DNA of 64,000 bases, from assembly GCF_009914755.1 (NCBI RefSeq), contig NC_060925.1, one strand, 5' to 3'. Of the stretch, positions 55,665 to 64,000 are shown piece after piece. Within the stretch, counting starts at the first letter, position 1, and the number at the start of each line of letters is the position of its first letter. The DNA comes from the human T2T-CHM13v2.0 reference genome, Homo sapiens. Both the position numbers and the translations under genes were made by a program. Below the pieces are notes generated by a model, which was given only the letters and a program-made list of their open reading frames with translations, made no database searches and was not told the DNA's origin.

Positions 55665-55995
55665 GAGAAGATTCCACATTTTTAATTGCCTATTTCAAAA
55701 TGCTGCTCAGGGATAATATGCCTGTATTCTAAAACCACCCCATAAATGTTTGTTAAATGAATGATTAATTCATTGTTTGGCTCATGGATGCATGGATGAA
55801 TGGATGGATGGCAAATGAGTCATAGAGTTTTGTTTTGTGAAATTCTTGACAGGGTATTGCCCACATAACTGGTAAACAAAATCACTGCTTATTACATGAG
55901 CAGATTACATGAAAAAATGTCTGTTCCTTTTTTTAAACTATGTTTAAGTCACTGTGGTACAGTTAAATTAAAAATAATAAGCAGCTATCTTATTA

Positions 55996-56230
55996 CAGGT
56001 TGATTATCCCTTATCCAAAATGTTTGGAACCAAAACTGTTTGAAAGTTGAGATTTTTTTCTGATTTTTTAAATATTTGCATATACTTACTGGTTCAGCAT
56101 CCCAAATCCCAAATCCAAAAGCTTAAATGCTCCAATAAGTGTTTCCTTTGAGCATCATGTAGATACTCAAAAAGTTTCTGATTTTGGAACATTTGGATTT
56201 CAGATTTTTAGATTAGACCTATTCAACCTA
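55996..56230 (+). mobile_element. Tigger4a/Zombi_A (MER46A) MITE
   Basis: TA-caggttgattatcccttatccaaaatg...tattcaaccta-TA terminal inverted repeats. Confidence 0.82.
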
Positions 56231-56807
56231 TATGCTTTTCTAAATAAGCATGATAGAAAATCATCATTATTTAAATTTCTGAGCCAGATCGATATTTTCT
56301 TTAAGTCATACCACTCGTAAATGGCACATCCATACTTCTGCATACAACTTGTACTGGCTCAAATTTGTATTCTGTAGTTGGGAAACTAACCTAGTGGCAG
56401 CAGACTAAGTGGTGAGGTAGGGGAAATTAGTCCTCGCAGTCTTTAATTCTCTTACTGCATGTATGGATCTCATTTTTAAAGAGGAACTAGTTTAGAACCA
56501 AAATGGCAGACCAGTAGGAAACGTGTTGAACTATACAGTCAGGATCCTGGCTTTTAGGTTATTGAGATTAGCAAACCAGAGAAATGAGTCTTGGGCATAG
56601 AAGATAGGTTACAGACTGTGGCCAGTTTCAGAGCAGAAACGACATGTGTCTTTTTTTCAAAGTTGTTTTCTCACTCAGAGACATTAATAGTGGGGAGGAT
56701 CCTTATAGCCAACAGTTGTAGGCAGTTGCATCCTGCCAGCTCTACTCCCACTGCCGATAAGAGGTAGGTGGGAGGAATCTGTCACCACCTGATGTCTTGG
56801 TGCCTGG

Positions 56808-56861
56808 GTGTGTGTGTGTGTGTGCGTGTGTGTGTGTGTGTGTGCGTGTGAGAGAGAGAGA
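56808..56861. repeat. (TG)n followed by (GA)n microsatellite
   Basis: About 21 TG/CG dinucleotides then (GA)6. Confidence 0.95.
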
Positions 56862-57772
56862 AATAGAAATAAGAAGTCAGAAACACTAAAAGAATCAGGG
56901 CCAAAGCTGCACAGTTTTGTTTTCACCCATTCTCTTCTCTTTTATCATCCCTGCATCTGTGCAGAGAAGATGAATCTGCTTTAGGGAAATCAGGAGAAAA
57001 ATGCCTCCTTTGCTTGCCTTAGTCATCTGATCCTCAGTGCTCTTTTGGAATCTAGAAAAGTCTGAGGGAAAATCAGATGCCATAAGGAGTTAATAGAAAT
57101 AAAGGAGTGTAAGTCCAAAAAGTATGATTAGTGCCCCCAAATTAGTAAAAAATGTTATTTTCCCACTGCCACTTCAAGTATTTTGTACCATGGTCATCTG
57201 TTGTTAAGCCACAGACAGCCCACTGCTGTCAAGCATTTTTTTACTGTTTAGTATGAATGGGTTCATGAGTCCGTGCTGGTATGTTTGGTAATATCCTCAG
57301 AGTTACTGCTCACTCATTTACCTCTCCATGTAGCTGATTTCCTTCAGCACAAGATGTCTACACCCATATCATAAATGGGAAAGTTGAGGGTGGAGGAGCA
57401 ACGTAAATGTCCACGGTCACACTGCTAGTTAGAGGCACAGTGCTAGTTCAGTCACCTGGCAGGCTTTCAGATCCCTTCGCCATCTAGTTCAATGAAGGTC
57501 GAAGAGGGTGAGAAGAGTTTCAGAGTTAGTGGGTACTTTGCATTCTTAGGATTTTTAAATTATAGACCTCTTTAAAGCATCTTTCTCTTTCTCTCCCCAC
57601 TTCCCCCACAGTAACTTATTGGTATGCGGCCCCAAAATCACTGATTACAAATTAAGTTGCCAAATTAATAGCATTCTCTGGGACTAAATGCAGTGATGGA
57701 GTTCAAACTAGGTGATGGTTGATTAAATTAGGGTGATGGAATTCAATCCTTGATTTTAAAAAGATTTTTGCT

Positions 57773-57975
57773 TTTATTTTTAACTGATACATAATTGTCT
57801 ATATGAGGTACAGTGTGATATTTGCATACATGTATACAATGTGTAATGATCAAATCAGGGTAATTAGCCAACCCATCACCTCAAACATTTATATTTCTTT
57901 GTGTTGGGAGCATTCAAAAACTGCTCTTGTAGCTATTTGAAAATATATAATAAATTGTTGTTAATTATAGTATCC
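57773..57975 (-). mobile_element. L1MA/MB 3' end
   Basis: ttttaactgatacataattgt...ggtacagtgtgatattt...cccatcacctcaaacattt...ttgttaattatagt. Confidence 0.75.
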
Positions 57976-59318
57976 TTATAAAGTGTCCTGTTTAATTATA
58001 TCTTTGATTAGGACAAAAGTCAAATTTGGTTTCTACTAAACTTAGTAACATATTCTATACCCTCTGCTGTTCACAAGTGTTTGTTATTATTGTCTTCTGA
58101 CAACTGTTTGTGCTTGATATTATTAATATACTGTGAAGTACCTGAATTCCTTATTATGGTTAGTATTTGTTAGCTTGGTAGTTCTTGACCAGCACCTTGC
58201 ATGTATGATAGCACAGTGTCACCTAATGGTATTAAAGTTCAGTGGGCGATTGCATGTCTGTAGATGGCGCTTTCAGTCAAAGCCAGCACTAGGGAAGCAG
58301 ACATTTCCTCCTTTGCTTGCTTATTTATTGTGTAGGGCTAATTCAACATTTGTGATTGTTGCAGTAGCTCCTGGCTAAACTATATTGGAAACTGATTTCA
58401 TAGGGTTATGTTGTTACAATTCAAACAATATTTATTCTCAATTATTCTTCCTGGAATTCCCTTAGCAGTTGTATTTCAGGGTAGTTGAGCCTCTCACACA
58501 ATATATATTACCACACATGTTTTACGAATGTTAGATGTGAGGCATACCATGCTATTCGGTTTGCTGCTGTTTTAATAGCATTCTTTGTATCAGATCTTTA
58601 CATCTGAAATTAACAGTTTAATTTTTTTATAATTTTTGCAAAATTTTAACCAAAATTTTTACATAATTTATAATTTTAGAAAGGTTTTTCTCCCTATTAG
58701 TTTTTTTAAATTTACATATTTTCTAGAATTTTTAAATCTGAAAGAAAGACTACTTTTAGTAAGTATTATCAGGATAAGTATACTAGGAATCTAGACTCTT
58801 GCTAAAATGTACTTGCCCACGTGGTTTAAAGTCAAGTATTAGACACTTAAGAGTGATCCACTTTTAATGTAGCACATCTACATACGGTTTTGTGTATTTA
58901 TAAATAATGTGACTATGAAGTACTCTCTGATCTGAGAGATATAATACAAATTCCATATTTAAGACTTTTTCTCTTCTCTCTGTGCGACAGCAGATGAAGC
59001 ATAACCCCTGAAACATGCCTTATAACTTTTCTAAATCCAGCTAAGTATGATTTAGCATTTGTTTCTACTCTCCACATTCAGAATTGCTTTGAACGCAGAA
59101 GAGAATACAGCTGCTTCCCTCTCATTGGCGAGTGCAGATATTATTGTCACTTAGTATTACAAATGCATGCATGTTCATGTTTTAACTGCCTCTTAGAAGG
59201 CATATGCACAGTCTTTCTGTGAGTAGTTTTTCTGAATTAATTGAAACATTAAAGGCAGTAGAGGCAGAAGAGTCTTATATGCTCTATGTATTATTAAAGG
59301 ATATGGAAAGTTTTATAG

Positions 59319-59525
<207 letters not shown>

Positions 59526-59916
59526 TAAAAGTACACATACCCTAAGTACACACTCTTTTCACAAGAGTGAATATTTAAATATCTCCATCATATTTAAAGC
59601 TGAAAATGAATTCAATGATCTGTTTACACTTTTGAGGTACTGTTTAATATGTTTAAAATACACACATCAGAAACATTAACACCCCTAGCTGTGTACCATA
59701 TAACTGAGTTCCTTTTGCTACATATATTAAATCAGCATCCATCATTTAGGCAAAATCCCCAGGCAAAAAATCACACTCTGTTTTTGTAAATGCAACACTT
59801 CGTTGCATAGTAAGAGAGTCACTCACTGAAGCTTTATATCATATGCAAAATATTCTTTATAGGTTAAATCTTACTTTTTCTTTGAGCTACAATAACATTA
59901 GAAAAACTTCAAAATT

Positions 59917-59973
59917 TATATATATAGATAAACATATATGTATGTATATACACATATATATATACACACACAC
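59917..59973. repeat. (TA)n/(CA)n low-complexity repeat upstream of exon 60
   Basis: tatatatatagataaacatatatgtatgtatatacacatatatatatacacacacaca. Confidence 0.85.
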
Positions 59974-60035
59974 AATTTTACCTTCTAAGAGGCTTTGTAC
60001 AAATTGCTTTCCCATTTTCATTTTTGCTCTTCCAG

Positions 60036-60151
60036 AGGATTTAAGGACCTGGAACTGGACACGCCTTCTATTGAGAAACGATTTGCCTATAGTTTCCTCC
60101 AACAACTCATTCGCTATGTGGATGAAGCCCATCAGTATATCCTGGAGTTTG
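60036..60151 (+). CDS. RYR2: RYR2 exon 60 (116 nt)
   Basis: tccag|A, RGFKDLELDTPSIEKRFAYSFLQQLIRYVDEAHQYILEF, G|GTAGGT; phase 2-1. Confidence 0.97.
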
Positions 60152-63100
60152 GTAGGTACCATAGTCCCATTGCTAATAGCCCAGTGTTTGTTGTTTTTAA
60201 TGTTTACAACATCAGGATATAGAACAACACAGGCTGCTGAGCTATTTGTGATGGTATAAACCCATCTATTCATCCTACTACTAAGTAGAGTTCAACGGTC
60301 AATGGATGAACAAGTTCTTGGGGAGTGGGTAAAATCTGTGAACTTTTAAAAATCTAACATATAAGTTATTCCCCTTATAATGTTTATTGGCATTTATTTG
60401 TTTTCATTTTGAAAGATACATTGGAAGGACATCAGAATTTGAAGGTAGAGTTAAATCTCGCCTATGAAATCAGTTGCTCTACTCATAAGAAAAACTTCCA
60501 AAACTATGGATTTTCAAAATTTCTAAACACTATAGAGGTCTTGAGTTTAGCCTTTGCAGGGAAACACGTTAATACTAGAGTAACTGCTGTGCAGAATACT
60601 TTATTATTGCTCTTAGGGTACAATGAAAGACCTCTTCCCCGTCTGGCCCAGTGCTGTCTCAAAATTTTTAAAACCTCATTCTTTAAGTCTTAGATTCAGC
60701 ACAGATGATGAAAGCAGCCTCCGGTCACTTCTGTTATTTTGTGGTCCTCCCACATTGTTGAATTAAAATTCGACTTGTTAATTTCTTACCTTAATGTCAG
60801 AGCACCTTCCAGCCACTGCGTAGTAATACGATGTAAGGAATTCCAGTTTGTTCCCTTTTGAAAATAGTGTGCTTTTCTGGTGGTTATTCATTTATTTTCA
60901 TTTTCGTTCTCGACGTTTTCTCTTTGTTTTTAACACTCACTCCTTTTGTCATTCAACACCTTTCCTCTGGGACCATTCATCTTGGATCCCTTAGCTGCTG
61001 TTTGTCTTAGGATGTAAATCTAGTTTCTGCCATAGCATCAGATTAAAGTTTGTAGAAATTAGAGCTCTGGTATTTTCTTCTTTCTGGCCTCTTGTATCCT
61101 AAATGTGATTAAAGATTTTCCAATTGAGCATCTTTCTCATAAACAATTGACTTCTCTTTCAGCCTGCCTCTACAGTTCAAATACTATATTATTGCTCTCT
61201 TTGAGCCCTTCTTTTTCTTAAAAGCTTACACTACAAGCTAATTTATAATCTGTAATCTCTCTATGACTCATATAACTAACAATTTTTAAAAATATGATTC
61301 CTGACTTATCCTGATACGTAGCCAAATTAATCTGAATTAATGAAATTTAACCGAAGAACAAAAATGAGGTAGGGGTGAATTATTGAAGCTTTTACACACA
61401 AAGCTAAATATTGCAATTTCTGATCTACATTTGAAAGGATCCGATATGCGTAGCAACTCCAATATCCAGTCTTGTTTTTGGAGAAACAAGGGACAGGAGA
61501 GAAAGAAAGAGTCATCATTTGGAGAAAGGAACAAGAAAGTCATTTGTTTTTTACTTTCACATTGGAGAACACAAACACCAATATGAAGGGAAGAAATGTA
61601 TTTAGGTATTATTCACAGTTTATTCAAATTTCTGAATAAACTACCTACTACAGTTTTCTTGTATGGGGGTGGGGAGAATCTTGCTCCAGGGTACATCTAC
61701 CCACTTGACACATTTCATTCTATCCACAGGGTAGAGGGCCTTATAAACAGAGCACAGGAGAGAAAGTAGGCTACAATGACAGAGCCCAGCCAAATAACCT
61801 TTTTCACAACTCCTGATGTTGTGTGTACCGTTTTCAGATGGCTTGGCCAGGGCAAATTAGGTACAAGAACTCTGTTAGAGGAGCAGATAGAGCTGTGATT
61901 GTCAATATCGTGTTTATTTTAATTTCCATCTTTCATTGTTATCGCAAGTGAAACTGCTATATTGCCTTCTCCCTTTATCCTTCACTTTGGAGATTTTGCA
62001 GCATATCTCTAATGTAGCCATTCCTAGACCTAAGTTAATTGTGCTAGTAAAAATATGCATATGCCTTTTTCTAATTGTTGTATAATACCGTAGATTGTAA
62101 TCTCTCCACATCTTTTTCACATTTTGCACAGAAGCATTTTTTTTAAATGTAGTAAAAGACATTTCCTATTTAATTCATTGAAATATGAGCAGATTTGGCT
62201 GTGTTCAAAATTTTCTCTTGACATAACTTCATATGAGAAAGTCTCTTATATGAATCCAGCCATTTTGCATAATGTGCTTAAGAGAGATTCAAATGCCAAA
62301 GTGCCATGCAAATGAAATTTGCAAGTGTTAAAAAACCATAATTTTCTTTTACTTGTTCATGGGGAGAGCATTCTGATATTGCAAAATAATTGCATAAGTT
62401 TCCTATAAATTATATTGTATTTTTGTCTAAAATTTGATAAACTATTATCTCAAGTTATTATTATTATATTATTTTGCAAAATAACTTCTTCAAGCAAAAG
62501 TCAGCTTGGCTCTTGAATATCTGGAAGCTCTGCTTACAAATTTTACTAAAACCTGATAGCTCTCCAATATGTTCTGCATGCCATCGTTGTTATTATAGTT
62601 GATTATTACCTCGTCTATTAATATATGCATGAACCTTTTCCATATGCATGAAGGAGGTGAGAAAGGCCACCTTCTAAGCTAAATGAATTAGGTTAATCAA
62701 TTCTTGACCTTGGTAAACCATGGGGAAAACTTGGGTGTTTTTGCTTCACTTATGAAAATTATCTTTTGACATAGGTCAAAATTTCTTTATGCTTTAGTGG
62801 AATGCTAATTTGCCAACCTAATATTAAAATTGCTGTCCTCCTCCTCATCCCAGATCCTGACTTCCTGCAGTTTTTTAGTTTGTGTCTTAAATTGAGAAGC
62901 TTTAACTTTCGGTCACACGAAGAGGCAATCTTTATTATTAGAGGCCAGGGTTAATATCTAGCCAATTATGTTTATTCAATTTACACTCACTGTCCTCTTC
63001 CCCAGTGAGCTTCTTTTCTTAAAGGCTACTGAAAATGTGGGACTTTTACTCTATTCTATTCCATTTTCCCCTCTCTATGTCAATAAGATCTCAAAGCTAC

Positions 63101-63352
63101 ACAAATGTGTTTGTGTCTCTAACCACAACTATGGGCTGTCCTCAATAGCTTTTTAAATTTAGATTTGGGTATTAAACATCCTTTTATTTTTAATGACACT
63201 GCCAAAGTTTGCCTTTATATTTTTGGTTGGCTTTTTACATTCAGTTTAGCGGGATAATACATTTAGCAATGCTTTCTAACCTTTGCATTATGGATGAATA
63301 TCTTGCAATGTTTCCAGTGCAGCATTTACCTAAAAACTCTTCAAATCTACAG

Positions 63353-63417
63353 ATGGTGGCAGCAGAGGCAAAGGAGAACATTTCCCTTATGAACAAGAAA
63401 TCAAGTTCTTTGCAAAA
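63353..63417 (+). CDS. RYR2: RYR2 exon 61 (65 nt; Q2958 codon CAA at 63394-63396)
   Basis: tacag|AT, DGGSRGKGEHFPYEQEIKFFAK, AAA|GTACAG; phase 1-0. Confidence 0.94.
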
Positions 63418-64000
63418 GTACAGTATACAATCTATCTTGTTTTTGCTTCAATATGTTTGTTTACATACCCTACTCATTAGATCGTTGCCCTTTTCAGAAC
63501 ATACTTGTCTACAAATGTGTATTTTACTGCACGTAAATATTCTGTGGCATGAAAATAACTGCATGAATCATCTTCCCAGCATTCTTGGTCAGACTTTAAC
63601 TCTGCATTCCCTACCGCATTCCTTCTTCAAATGACTTCATTCTATCTGAGGTTTAATTAGGTCTGCATTTTTTTTGTTTTATCATATGATATGGAATAAA
63701 AAATATCTATTTCTTAACATTTGGATATTGTTATGATTTAAAATTTCTAGTTGAGAATTTCTTTTATAAATAGGAAAGTCTGAGTTAATTCATAAATAGG
63801 CACATTATAAGAACATTTAGTACAGAATATTGTGGGACCTTAGTCCTGCTCATTTTATGGAAGATCAGAGAGGATAAATTGTTTATATACAAAATATATC
63901 CCATTGGTATTATTTATTTTGTTTCATAAGCATTTATCAGGAATTTGCTATATTACTGGAAAATTCATCACTTTTTTCAGCCAAAAAGGGATGGACATGA

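Noticed and set aside
54205-55732. Dense overlapping ORFs up to 193 aa
   Set aside because: All lie inside the GC-rich SVA (SINE-R, VNTR and Alu-like parts) and are typical stop-poor repeat ORFs.
59887-60273. 128-aa antisense ORF over exon 60 (also antisense ORFs over exons 40, 49 and 52)
   Set aside because: Shadow ORFs opposite coding exons or simple repeats, with no independent coding evidence.

Overview
Human (hominid) genomic DNA from the middle of RYR2, the cardiac ryanodine receptor gene, on the + strand. I traced 25 consecutive coding exons by hand, from the 3' part of exon 37 through exon 61 (about Ala1855-Lys2965; exon and residue numbers recalled from the RefSeq model and consistent with the summed exon lengths). 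All junctions are GT-AG and the reading phases join without a break. The exons encode divergent region 3, the junctional and bridging solenoids with CPVT hotspot II, and the RY3-4 phosphorylation domain (S2031, S2808, S2814). Introns are rich in Alu, L1, L2, LTR and DNA-transposon relics and include a full-length antisense SVA with an 18-bp TSD. Almost all other ORF-track entries are repeat-derived or chance ORFs. The most unusual feature is a ~300-bp element I cannot assign to a repeat family, present twice (introns 44 and 48, ~80% identical by manual alignment). It has an internal 36-bp tandem unit, three shared potential hairpins, a 28-bp invariant block and a shared GTGAGT donor, and one copy could act as a poison exon. 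A nested palindrome/template-switch cluster lies in intron 39. I found no evidence for a new protein-coding system. Repeat subfamily calls and boundaries of old elements are by eye and approximate.
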